From: a virus | Taxonomy: Duplodnaviria > Caudoviricetes | IMG/VR virus record: IMGVR_UViG_3300012979_001162 | Coordinates: 64,001-128,000 of that record | DNA length: 64,000 bases | Reading direction: 5' to 3' (one strand) | In this document: positions 1-11,317 of the stretch, in pieces | Layout: each line of letters opens with the position of its first letter | How positions within the stretch are numbered: the stretch's first letter is position 1 | The notes under the pieces: model-generated | The model's database searches: none | The model's input: the letters and a program-made list of their open reading frames with translations, nothing else | What the model was told of the DNA's origin: nothing | Made by a program: the position numbers and the translations under genes

Positions 1-125
1 CCAACACAATGTGAAGCATACCACCGCAGCCCTCACCCATATCATCATATAAAGTTTTAACGAGTTTGCAGATTTCCGTAACTTCTTCCGACCAATACTT
101 ACACTTCATATCTTAATCTCCTCAA

Positions 126-575
126 TCATTTTGTCTTGCTTAACAATGGCCATTCTTCTGCCAATGTAAACTCTTGTATAGTATTTTTTCTCTTGTCTCT
201 TTTATAACACATTTTATCATTTTTGACAAAAAAATGACCCCTTACTGTCATAGCCCCGGCAATAATCTTTGCTTCGTCTGGCAAAGTTGAATCAATTAAT
301 ATATAATCATATCTTTTACCACGAGGATAAGGGTAATCTAAAGAAATAAGCTCCATCCAACTATTATTATTTCTAGGTCTATCGAAACGAATTCGTAATA
401 ACCCTATAACATGTCTATCAAAAGGTAAGTCTGACACCAATCCGTCGTCTACAATTCGATGAATATCTTTGGCACTATTAAACCAAATTCCCACCCTACA
501 TCTTTCTTTACGACATTGTTTGGATGCAATTTTAATTAAATCAGAAATGCTTTTTGCATTCTTTATTTTCTTCAT
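126..575 (-). CDS. hypothetical phage protein (149 aa)
   Basis: ORF with GAGG RBS, co-oriented with the left arm. Confidence 0.7.
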   Translation of the reverse strand: MKKIKNAKSISDLIKIASKQCRKERCRVGIWFNSAKDIHRIVDDGLVSDLPFDRHVIGLLRIRFDRPRNNNSWMELISLDYPYPRGKRYDYILIDSTLPDEAKIIAGAMTVRGHFFVKNDKMCYKRDKRKNTIQEFTLAEEWPLLSKTK

Positions 576-586
576 AGTAATACCTC

Positions 587-739
587 TTAAGCTTCAATTC
601 CAAACTGTTCATACAGTCTTCCTTGAGCTTCTAAAAGAGCGCCCCAAGCCTCTTTGTCGGAGTAATACATAGCCAACTGAATAGCAGTATCAATCTTGTA
701 TTTAATGTCAGTAACATCGTAAAATGAATTTTTGCTCAT
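587..739 (-). CDS. small hypothetical protein (50 aa, MSKNSFYDVT...), not in the ORF track
   Basis: ATG at 739 after GAGGT RBS, first gene behind the promoter at 754-836. Confidence 0.6.
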   Translation of the reverse strand: MSKNSFYDVTDIKYKIDTAIQLAMYYSDKEAWGALLEAQGRLYEQFGIEA

Positions 740-753
740 TTATCTTACCTCTC

Positions 754-836
754 AATCATTTTGTTGTGTATAGAATAGCACCAAAGTTCAAGTTTGTCAA
801 GATACTTCGGTGCTAATTTACAATTTATTTACAATT
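754..836 (-). promoter_or_regulatory. promoter cassette P1: tandem AATTGTAAA, TTGACA-17-TATTCT, ACAAAATGATT leader
   Basis: -35 at 795-800, -10 at 772-777, repeats at 817-825 and 828-836. Confidence 0.8.
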
Positions 837-1251
837 AAGTTTCATTTTTAAGTCTTTCCATATACTCTGCCGTACCATTGTACTCTCTCAACATCTTTTC
901 TTTATGTATTTCATATGCTTTAAGCAAATATTCCGACGAATAAGGGTTGATACCGTATGGTTTCCAACTATCTATTATTTCTTCTAATGTAATATAATCA
1001 TCTTGGATACTTGGATCATATTTGGCCATATCCATATAATAATCCAAACATTCACAGTATAGTTTAATAAGAAAAGTTTTGCCAAAATTTCTAGGTGTAT
1101 CTGTTATTTTGCCTTCACATAAATTACCTAAAAATTTCTTTTGTGCCTCTGAAAGTACAACCGGGTATTTATTTTTAAATATTTCTCCCCATATATGTGG
1201 ATCTCTTTTGGGATGCTCTATATAATCCAAACACATATCCAATGTAATCAT
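835..1251 (-). CDS. hypothetical protein with a terminase/helicase-like P-loop fragment
   Basis: LSEAQKKFL ... TPRNFGKT motif in a protein of only 138 aa. Confidence 0.55.
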   Translation of the reverse strand: MITLDMCLDYIEHPKRDPHIWGEIFKNKYPVVLSEAQKKFLGNLCEGKITDTPRNFGKTFLIKLYCECLDYYMDMAKYDPSIQDDYITLEEIIDSWKPYGINPYSSEYLLKAYEIHKEKMLREYNGTAEYMERLKNET

Positions 1252-1853
1252 ACTTCTTCCTCCTCGGTGTTGTTATTTTCATTCAAAAATGCCGTAAACT
1301 CGTCATACTTTCTTTGCTTAATTTTACCGGGCTTCCCTTTGATGTCGTAGGCAAGATACTTATCGAATAGCTCTGCAACATATTTTCTCGCATTCTCATA
1401 ACCCTTGGAGAGACCTTCCCTGTATCCCTTGGGGCTTTTACCCTCGGCAAGATTAAACTTGCCCTCCCCCTGAGATCCGCCCGTAACATTACGCAATTGC
1501 CAGCCCTCGTCGGCATACTGCTTGATATAATACTGTTCCTTCTCGTTGCACTCCTCCTCAGGGCAATAGCACAATACCGTTATCTTGTATCCGAATGGAT
1601 TCGTCTCTTCATTATACAGCCCGTATTTACGAATACTCAAATCAATCCACTGCTTATAACCACCAAGGTGCTCTGCAAGGCGCGTTAAGACGCTCTTAGA
1701 GGCGAGGCCTATATATGCAAATTTAAACCCCTGCTCGTTAATACGATAAAAGCAATATATCCCGCTCTCCTTCTTTGCATCTGGGCAGACCCGTAGTATC
1801 TTCTTTTCATTTTCTGCTTTAATTGCATATATCTGTCTGTAATTCGTAGCCAT
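1248..1853 (-). CDS. GIY-YIG family nuclease
   Basis: GIYCF...AYIG...RL..H...EQYYI..Y...N motif series. Confidence 0.75.
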   Translation of the reverse strand: MATNYRQIYAIKAENEKKILRVCPDAKKESGIYCFYRINEQGFKFAYIGLASKSVLTRLAEHLGGYKQWIDLSIRKYGLYNEETNPFGYKITVLCYCPEEECNEKEQYYIKQYADEGWQLRNVTGGSQGEGKFNLAEGKSPKGYREGLSKGYENARKYVAELFDKYLAYDIKGKPGKIKQRKYDEFTAFLNENNNTEEEEV

Positions 1854-1864
1854 AACTAGTCTCC

Positions 1865-3466
1865 TTAATCATTTTGTTGTGTATATTCATCAATCGTAAG
1901 TTGGAGGAATTTGTTTCGTCCGTAAAACGGATTAGCAAGCACGCCTACCGCCACAATCTCGCCATCATTACCAAGAGTCTGCCAATCCATACAGTTCCAC
2001 TTAACAATAATAACTCCAGTCTCATTGTCAATAATTTTTAAATGTTTCTTAGTCGAAAATGTACTTACCTCATAATCATTAGTTCTCACCAATACCTTAA
2101 CTGGAGGAAAGCCTTCACCGCTTATACGATTAATTGCGTTCAGTTGCTTCACCAAATTCTCGTTAATCTGGCTCGGAGCAAGTTCTATGTCTGCCTCTAT
2201 ATTAACAGAGAACTCAACATCTTTTAGCTCTTCCTCTATAACCTCTTTGAACTGTTCAAACTTATCTATATCTATAAATGCACCCGCGGCATTAGGGTGC
2301 CCCTGACAAAGACACGATCCCGTACCATTTGCAATCTCAAGGAAGTTCTCCGTTCCCACGCTTCTCATACTACCTGCATATTGTCCGTCTTTTATTTTCA
2401 ATATAAACAACGGTCTTTGATATATCGAGAGCAACTTGTTACCGAGAAGCCCCGTAATTTCCGCATCCGTGTCATTGTCGAGCATAAAGAACATACACTT
2501 TCTATCAAGTTGGGATTCGCCTTGCTCAAGTAATCCATCGAGCATTTCTGCTACAACCTTATTCTGCTCTTCTCTGCAATTCTTCAGATCCTTAACTAAC
2601 CCATCAATCTCGTCCTCATCTTCTGCGAGAAAAACGTTCATCGCCTTTTCATTCTGATGCATTCTCATAGCAGCATTAACTAGTGGTCCAATACTAAAAC
2701 TCACCGACTGGCTATCAAATGTATAGTTCCCAACCATCTTTTGTACCATAGGATTCCTAAATTGGGCGAGTCCTCGATATGCAATGTATCTATTTTCTGG
2801 TTCTGCCATACTTGACATATCTGCAATCAATCCTATTGCTGCGTATGCCCATAGGTCGTCGCTATAATCGGTCAAATTTTGATAGTCACAGTATTGCACG
2901 AATTTTAGACAAACGCCAGCCCCTGACAAGAACTCATTCGGATATCCATTTGCAGAACTCACGAGCACGAAATCCAATCCGGCATCAAATAGTCTCTGCT
3001 CAGGCAAGTGGTGGTCGAATACTACAAGCTTCACACCAGTATTGAGTATTCTCTTGTAAACCGAAGGATCGTTATTAAGAGAATCAACAATTATCATTAC
3101 GTCAACACCTTCAAGCAACTTCAAATCAAAATCCTCGGCACCGTGTTTTTTACCATCATTGATAACACATTCAACATCGGCTCCACACCTACGTAAATAC
3201 CGTGTTATAATAGCATTCGAACTGCAACCATCTGCATCTACATCTGCCAACACTAGGAACTTATCCCCCATTGTAATTGCATCGTCTATAATTTGATATG
3301 CATCATCAAGCCCCTTAAGTTTTTCAAAGGGTATCATATCGTCCTCGGTAGGTTTGAGAAAATCGCTAACATCCTCAATTCCTCTCGCATCAAGTATGGC
3401 CTCAATTATTTCAAAATCATCTTCCATCTGTCTGCCATCGAGTTTGGCAGTTAACACTTTTTGCAT
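1865..3466 (-). CDS. recJ: RecJ-like single-stranded DNA exonuclease (DHH family)
   Basis: DVDADG, FDHH, LSGAGV, GLIAD, GPLVNAAMR, GSMRS and GHPNAAG motifs. Confidence 0.9.
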   Translation of the reverse strand: MQKVLTAKLDGRQMEDDFEIIEAILDARGIEDVSDFLKPTEDDMIPFEKLKGLDDAYQIIDDAITMGDKFLVLADVDADGCSSNAIITRYLRRCGADVECVINDGKKHGAEDFDLKLLEGVDVMIIVDSLNNDPSVYKRILNTGVKLVVFDHHLPEQRLFDAGLDFVLVSSANGYPNEFLSGAGVCLKFVQYCDYQNLTDYSDDLWAYAAIGLIADMSSMAEPENRYIAYRGLAQFRNPMVQKMVGNYTFDSQSVSFSIGPLVNAAMRMHQNEKAMNVFLAEDEDEIDGLVKDLKNCREEQNKVVAEMLDGLLEQGESQLDRKCMFFMLDNDTDAEITGLLGNKLLSIYQRPLFILKIKDGQYAGSMRSVGTENFLEIANGTGSCLCQGHPNAAGAFIDIDKFEQFKEVIEEELKDVEFSVNIEADIELAPSQINENLVKQLNAINRISGEGFPPVKVLVRTNDYEVSTFSTKKHLKIIDNETGVIIVKWNCMDWQTLGNDGEIVAVGVLANPFYGRNKFLQLTIDEYTQQND

Positions 3467-3471
3467 CTATA

Positions 3472-6400
3472 TCACTTCTCCTTATTCAAAACCTTTGCCA
3501 CATCGCAACATAGTTCGTAAAAACTTTTATCGTTACCATCCGAGTCAATTACCTCAATATCAAACTGCGAAAGTATCGATACTGCCCTTTCAAAAAGCTC
3601 ATCGCCGTTTTTACACGATAATATGCTTAAAATTTCTAGCATTCCCATACTCATGACTTTAACTCCCCATCAAAATTTGTATTATGTTGTTTGGTCCATT
3701 GCTCATAATAATCCTGTATACTATCAATCTCCTCTGTAGCGAGACTCGTCCCATAAGTAATCTGCATCTCAGATCCTTGACACGGACACACATCCACCCA
3801 CGGAGCCACTCCTCGTCCGCACACAGGGCAAATCCAACCTTCCTGCTTACTAGCGCTCTGAGGAAATGGCTTCCATTCAGAGGGTCTATATACCAAATCA
3901 TTGACCGCAAAACTACAACTTGGGCAATGATAGTTACCACCCGTAGTATTCTCCATTTCTTTTCCACATCTAATACACTGCATAATTAACCCTCCATTTT
4001 GGTTGCAAATTTATCACAGTATCTAGTACAAAACCAAACAGGCAACTTTAACGCATCCTCACTTAAATCTTTTGTAAAGTATGTCCATTTGAGATGTTTA
4101 TGCTCGGTTTTCTGATACCATTTTTCATCAGTGTCAGTTTCGTCAATTCTACCACAAATAGTACAAACTTTAGTAGGCAATCTGCTCTCTTTTGCTATTT
4201 GTTTACCTGTGTGAATATCGGGTACCTCATAATGTCGAACAAGCAACACTGTTTCATAAGTATGTTTATGATCGGCACGTGGTTGACCTTTCTTCTTTGA
4301 TTTCTTTTTATATGTCGGAATCTCGTCATCAATTAAATTTATTTTGTCGCCCATCATTCTACCTCACTTTCAAGCCACATTTTAATAATATCTTTGCAAT
4401 CCGGTACATCTTCTTGCTCTGGCAAGAAGCGGCAATTGCCATAAATTTCGCAGTACGCACAAGGAAATTGTCTAGAATCATCTGCCGACTTACACATAAT
4501 AGATTCACACTTCTTGCAGTATTGCTCATCCCACCATTGACTCCAAGGCGAATTGTCCCACATTCCATTTGTATCAAGCCACTCTGCCAGTTCTTCTACC
4601 GACATTGATTTTAATCTTTCAAAGTTATTCATTCTCTTCCTCCGTCCAATCCAACGCTTGCCCACAATCACAATGATGCTCAGGATAATCAATTTCTTGA
4701 TTTCCACAACAAGGACACTCATATCCCCAATCGTCATTTGGTGTAGGAGAAAAATAATGTCTATACTCCCAACTGATTGGCTTCTTCGGAATCTGCTTTT
4801 CCAGTGCCTCCTTGATGATTTTCAGTTCATTTTCATCATGCGTACCTAGGTCGATATATCCATATTCTAACTGAGAGTTAATATGTCGCAAGGCTTCTTT
4901 CCTATCTTGATCCGTCATACCGTCACCTCAATCTCATTTAACTTCTTTTCAATCTCTTTAAGTTGCTCTTCTGCATTTCTGTCCTTGCACCGAATTGACC
5001 AATAACTTCCACTTCCCCAATTAGTATACTTATAATACCATTTATTATCCCTCAATGCATAAATACAATCACTTCCTTGCACTTCCGTCACGCCGAGCCG
5101 ATTTGCCTTATCTCGCAACTCGTTATATTTCTGCAACTTCTGATTAAACTTAAAAATTCTCTTGGCAGCCGGAACGCCACCTTTCTTGTTTTCCTGTTCA
5201 AATTCATCACACACGGTCTCGCGCGTAATGTAACAATTGTACTTGTAGCACCATCTTTCCGTCTTTGCAACATCATAATGTGCTGCGTGGTCGCTGGGTT
5301 TCTTCGGCTTATTAGAGTGCATACAGTTGCCACAGCATTTTGCAAACGTCAAATTCATAATTCCACCTCACCCAAAAGCATAATTGCCGAAATGATCAAC
5401 AATCGGCTCAATAATCTCAAACGCTCTCGTATCATCATTCCATTTAAAGAAAATTCTTTCCTCGGCGAGATTATACAAACCCTCTGTAATATGCTCTATT
5501 ACGGCATAATCATAAAGGCATTCACGAATATCCAAGTTGTTAAGCTCCACCATTCTAATTGCTACATCTCTATCGTTGTAGTACCCAAAGGTTCGATGAG
5601 AACCGAGGTCGGGCCAACCGTCCTTATCTATTTCATATTTCTGAAAACAAGTTATAAAATACATTTAATCGTCCTCCACATAATCATCAATAATCACGCA
5701 ACCGTCCATCTCATTAAAGCCAATACCAACGTGAGTTGCGTGGACATACCTTCCACATCCCGGAATCATCACCACGCAGTTCTCTGGAAACTGCTCCAAT
5801 TTCTTTTTAAGTTCTTTTACTGTCATAACTACCTCTTAAAACTCTATTTTTATATGTTGATAAATATATCATCTTGTTTCATTTTTTCGAGAGTGTCGTT
5901 AAGCTTATCCATATTACAACCATCATCACACTTTCTATATAATTTTCTATCATCTCTGTTAACAAGCAATTCGCAATCCCAAGTACAAATGAAGTCCCAT
6001 TTCATATTAAAAGGACGCTGCCACCAAGGATTTACATCTTTTGGCTCTGTCTTCCAAAATCCATACTCTTTGAGATTGTTTAAATCATAATCTTCTTTAA
6101 TAATGTATCCTGTAAAATCTTTATACATAATTACCTCTTAAAATTCGCATTTTATTCGCCATCAAGTTCAAAATCACCATTCAAAAGGTCACGAACAGTT
6201 ATATATACTCCCTGCAAATCATAACGTCTAACCCATTCATGCTCATTCTGATGACGTTCTGCACAACGCATAAAAGTTTCCTGTCTGTTAATTTCTCTGT
6301 CGCACATACTTACGACAAGTTTTACTCTTTCTTCTAATGTCATATATTTAATCCTCTTTTGCAACTTCAAATTCTTGCTCTTTCGAAAGCCACTCTTTTA

Positions 6401-8735
6401 TGCCAAACACTGAAAGCGTGTAGTTACTTGCAATCTGTCGAATATTCATAAAATACGGAGTGCCATCCCATCTGGTGGACGTAATCAACAATCCCTCCGT
6501 TAAGAATCTTGCAAGTTCCTCATCTGACAAACCCTGTAGCCATTCACGATTTGTCATTTGTATACAATATAAAGTGTTAGGGTCTTTGACCTCCAGTGCA
6601 TTATAGTCTACCTGAGAAATGTCTTGCTTAATATATTTGCTTTCCACTACAAACCTCCTCGGCAATCATTACGCTTCTTTGAAGATAGTCAAAAATATCT
6701 CTAGAAGTATGACACCAGAATCTTTCACCGTCTTCATTTTCTGCACATATGCCAATATCTAATAGTGTACCTACCCAAGAATGCTTGGGAATAATATCCT
6801 CGCTATATCCGACAATCTTAATATTTTCTTTACGGCAGTATTGTGCCATCTCATATAAATCATATGATAGCCACGCATTCCACATCTCGTGATAACCTAT
6901 TTCATCACGAAGCAACTTATTCTTAAGGGCTTCTTGAATTTCTTCTGCGTCCTTGCGATACTTGGTATAGAATTCTTTATCAGTCAGTTCTACTTTAAAC
7001 ATAGCAGAACCATCAACCCATTTGCCTTCGTCTTCCAATCTCCATGCTACACAAACTTGAAATGGAGTAACCTCTTTAACGATGTGAGTGCCTAGACAAC
7101 GGCGATTTTCCATTTTCCATCCTTTAATCTCTTGACCAACCTTGAGGTTTTTAGCCGTTACAAATTTAGTATCTTTTCTCATTTGTTTTCCTCCAACATT
7201 TCTTTTGAAATTTGGTTAATTAGTTCTTCTGCGGTATCCGTATCAATCGAATCGCCATAGTTGTACATTTCACCACTGAAACGCTCCTGCATCTTCTGCA
7301 CGGCGTCGGCTTTGATATACTTGACATCATCACGAAGAGTAACAATCTGTCCGCACAAATCATATTGACAACGAGCCTCTCTGTTAATCCGCTCATTCAA
7401 CTTCTCATTCTCCTCGGTAAGTTCATCGCATTTCGAACTCAATTCACGACAAGCAGAATCGGCACAATCATAGGCTTCTTGCCACTTTTGACTTTCCTGG
7501 GCGAGTTCCTTAATCTTATCATGCATTCGCCCCTTATCCATACAAGCATCGAATGTCTGTCTCTTCCAATAATCTTCTGAATCGATGAGTTCCTTGATAA
7601 AAGCAAGAGCATCTTCACACATATCTTCTTTACAATTATGATTAAAACCATTAAGAGTGTAGTGATAAGGGCATATATGACAATTATCACCCTCGTGGTT
7701 TATGCAACACTTCAAAGCCTTTATAATCTGTTCGCGTTCCATTATTCTTCCTCCCATTACATATCATAGTATCCATACGAAAACGAATAAAGCCAACATC
7801 CACATTCCTTGCAATAGGCATCGTATTCAACAATTCCAATACTATCCTCGCGGATAACGTTTCGCTTTTCGATGTTTTTACTGTCTTTACTATGGCAGTC
7901 TTTTTTGTGTTTAAATTGCATATCTTCGTAGTCCAACATCATTCGACTACCTCAACTTCCTCACCAAATTTTTCTCTCAATGCTTCCTCGGCACTTTGAC
8001 GAATTATTTCCATTCTGTCTGGGTTGATAACGAGAGCCAGGGCCAAGTCTGCATTTGCCATTTCCATAATATCTTTAGGAGAGTTTAAGGTTAAATAATA
8101 TTCCTTATAGGTCATTTGTTCCTCCTATACTCATCGAACTCTCTAAACTTATCAGTTGCTCTTCTCAAACTTTCTTGTTCGTTTACCACGCTGTTCCACA
8201 GCTTCTCGCGATACATCTTTTCAAACTCTTCAATCGCATCCTCGATTGTCTCCGCTTCCATAAAATTGTCCCAACAGGCCGTACATCTCCACATATACTT
8301 GGCTCCGCTTTTTTCGTAACGATCCTTATCACGAGAACAGAACTTCTTGGCATAGGTAGGAATATATACTATCTCGTAATCATTACGGTCGTTATAATGA
8401 AACTCATACTTAGGATCTTCGTACACACTTGAATCGCTATATACAGTTATACCGTCATTTACCCAACGAATGCCATGCTTAGTATCTTTAAATCTCAAAT
8501 CACGCACCCTAACATACGACTTTGGATCGAATGTCTGCACGTAAGACGCAATGCTAATTGCGTGTCCTCGCATATCAAATTCTTTATCTGTGATAATTTG
8601 GAACTCGTAGCTTTGAGTGTTGATTATAATGTCAACATCTGATGTGTTGTAGTCTCTTAAGAACGAATCTACTGCGTGTTGAATTTGCTCTTTTGTTAAG
8701 ACATTGGTAAATACGGTAACATCGTATACTTTCAT
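3472..8735 (-). other. cluster of ~14 small leftward hypothetical phage genes, several with Cys-rich Zn-ribbon motifs (e.g. 3651-3983, 3986-4357, 4625-4918, 4915-5358, 5368-5664, 5850-6128, 6152-6370, 6628-7182, 7179-7757, 8112-8735)
   Basis: tightly packed or overlapping minus-strand ORFs with GGAG/GAGG RBS; no recognisable function. Confidence 0.65.
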
Positions 8736-8808
8736 TTGTTTATTTCTCCCTCGATTTTTGTGAATTTTTCGCTATAATTGGGTGGAATTTAAAGTTTATT
8801 TCGTATTC

Positions 8809-8893
8809 AATCATTTTGTTGTGTAATAAGTATAGCACCAAAAGTAGATTTTGTCAATATCCTTTGGTGCTAGTTTACAAATTATTTACAATT
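8809..8893 (-). promoter_or_regulatory. promoter cassette P2
   Basis: TTGACA 8852-8857, 17 bp, TATACT 8829-8834; tandem TTGTAAA at 8874-8893; leader motif 8809-8819. Confidence 0.8.
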
Positions 8894-8898
8894 ATGAA

Positions 8899-9948
8899 TT
8901 AGATTTCGTCGTCTAACTCATCATCTAATTCTTTTATATCTTTAATGTTCTCTTGAACAATTTCATCCCATATTTTCTTGCCGTGATCCGAGGGTGAATC
9001 CTTGCTTCCGATTGTAATACAATCTCTATAGTCAAACCATTTGATATTCACTTGGCGCATTACGGCACATCTACGCAGCGTATCCGCATTGTCTTTAACC
9101 CATTCTAACTTCAACCCTTCGTCAAACATTAGTACAATGTTCTTTACATTCAGACCGAGCATCAGTTTTGCCTGATACTCGCTAATGCTATGAGAGCCAA
9201 CCGCTACACAATTTCTGATACCCATCGTGTGAAGTTGCATACAGAACTTCTCTGCCTCACCGACATATAAAGTGTCAGCACCGTACAAATATTGATAACT
9301 CTCAGAATAGTTATACAAACACCTAGATATATTTGCGACATAAGGGTCGAGATAAAGATACTTACAATCATATTCTCCTATCTCGTCCTCGTTCAAGCGT
9401 CCTTTGATAGCAACTATACTTCCGTGCTCATCACGCCAAGGAAAGACTATTCTATTCGTGATTGTATCAAACGATATGTTGTAAAACTTTTGAGTTTCAA
9501 GACTAATACCATCTCGAAGAAATCTCAAACTTCCATGTCTTTTATATTGATTAAGAATGTCGTCATCGTAAGTTTTGAGTTCTGCCTGGGCATTCTTTCC
9601 TATATTCTGATATATTCCTCCGAACAAAAGCTTACGTTGTGGAGGTCTCCAGTTGCTATCAAGTCCTAAAAGTTCTCTTGCTTTATTTAATACTTCCTTG
9701 AATTCTACGGATTTCTCAGCACAAATATAAGAGAATATATCCTTGTGGACCGAAGTCACGAAGTCATGGACATTTAAAAATTCGTTATCTTGCAGTCTAA
9801 TGCTAATATTTCGCCCACCCTCTTCAGAGCGAGCGAATCTAATTGATCCATTGCGCATAAGGATGTGAGCGAATCCAAATGACTCCAACAATGGAATGAT
9901 TGTTTCTTGTGGAGACTCAAGCATTAGTTTTTTAATATCTCCTATCAC
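8899..9948 (-). CDS. DNA primase (Toprim domain)
   Basis: RIVFPWRD..G.IVAIKGR, YVGEAEK, VAVGS, MFDEG and KDSPSD motifs; lies downstream of the helicase. Confidence 0.8.
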   Translation of the reverse strand: MIGDIKKLMLESPQETIIPLLESFGFAHILMRNGSIRFARSEEGGRNISIRLQDNEFLNVHDFVTSVHKDIFSYICAEKSVEFKEVLNKARELLGLDSNWRPPQRKLLFGGIYQNIGKNAQAELKTYDDDILNQYKRHGSLRFLRDGISLETQKFYNISFDTITNRIVFPWRDEHGSIVAIKGRLNEDEIGEYDCKYLYLDPYVANISRCLYNYSESYQYLYGADTLYVGEAEKFCMQLHTMGIRNCVAVGSHSISEYQAKLMLGLNVKNIVLMFDEGLKLEWVKDNADTLRRCAVMRQVNIKWFDYRDCITIGSKDSPSDHGKKIWDEIVQENIKDIKELDDELDDEI

Positions 9949-9983
9949 TCACACCCTCACCTCCAATCATTGTGTATTGTTAA

Positions 9984-11219
9984 TTAATCTTCTTCTTCGT
10001 ATCTATATTCTATCGCCTTCAACTCGCACCACTTAATCAGCCATTCCTCAAGACCATCCTCACGATGCTCAAGGTATCTAAGTCCGCAACTTCTAAATTC
10101 GAAGCAAGGCTCTCTGCGATTCCACTCCAGGTGTCCGATACTAAAGCAATATTCACTATCACTTTCTCTGTGTTTCTCCCACTTCACAAGGTCAAAGTTC
10201 CACTTGTGGTAGTCGGGCGTGGGCGGATCTCCGACGAAGGTGCATTTGCGGATTTCAAAATTCTTAAATCTCATTGGCACTCCACCCCTTCTCTTTCAGA
10301 GTTCTAATTAATCCAAGTTGTTTAATGAGTTGTTTATGTTGCTTCCACGTATCATTCATTTTATTGGTTACATACTCTTCATCAAGATTGCCAAATACTC
10401 TATCTCCAATAGAATAATAAGCATCAAACCCACGTTTCTTGTCTGTTGCCATCACATAGTCAATTGAACCGTCTTCCATCTCTACTGTTAATTCGTAGAA
10501 TCCACGCCGTTTACATTCACTGCAAGTGCAAACTGCCGTAATGGTTCCGGTAAGACCATCGGATGCAATCACCTTGTCTCCAACCTTAAACACATAACGA
10601 AACAACTCAATATCCTCATCACTCATAAGCAGAAAGTCTTGCAAATAGTGCTTTTTAACAAGTTCATCCTTAACTTCTGCTAGTTTCTTTGCACAATCTT
10701 CACAAATATCTTTGCTACCAATTTGTTCAATAACGTGCCCTTTGCCATCGTGCACATATAGTGGCATCGCTATAGCAATTTTAGTCTCTTTGCCGCATCT
10801 GTCACAAAAGTACTTAATCATTGTTGTTCTCCTTAATCGCAATCTAAAATAATAACCTTATCTGAATATCCAATGTCCGCAATGCCAGATATATCAAACC
10901 AATTGTACTCGGGCCATAAATGGTCAACATCACATTTTGATGTATCGGCATAGCAACCTTTGACCTCAAAGTCTGGATTTTTTAGTAGAAGTTCTGCTAA
11001 ATCTTTTGCCTTCATCTTTCGTTTCTCCTTCTCTTACGGTGCAATACCTACATCCCATTCGTATTCGTCGTCGCCTTCATATTCTTTTACCCATTTTTTG
11101 TACTCGTCTCCAAGTAGAACTCGGACCATTTGGTCAATGACCCACATCTTGTGGTGACCACCATCAATCTGCCCGTATGTCCATGCGAGGTCAAGAGCAT
11201 CTTCAATTCTTTTCTCCAT
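9984..11219 (-). other. four hypothetical genes (9984-10280, ~10264-10821, 10833-11015, 11034-11219)
   Basis: co-oriented ORFs with RBS. Confidence 0.6.
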
Positions 11220-11232
11220 TTTCGCTTCTCCT

Positions 11233-11317
11233 AATCATTTTGTTGTGTAATAATAATAGTACCATTTCCTCAATTTGTCAAGGTATTTGGTAGTTTGTTT
11301 ACAATTTCTTTACAATT
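11233..11317 (-). promoter_or_regulatory. promoter cassette P3
   Basis: TTGACA 11276-11281, 17 bp, TATTAT 11253-11258; tandem AATTGTAAA at 11298-11317. Confidence 0.8.

Noticed and set aside
5077-6090. 337-aa plus-strand ORF and the many other antisense ORFs in the track
   Set aside because: Shadow frames opposite well-formed genes with RBS; atypical composition
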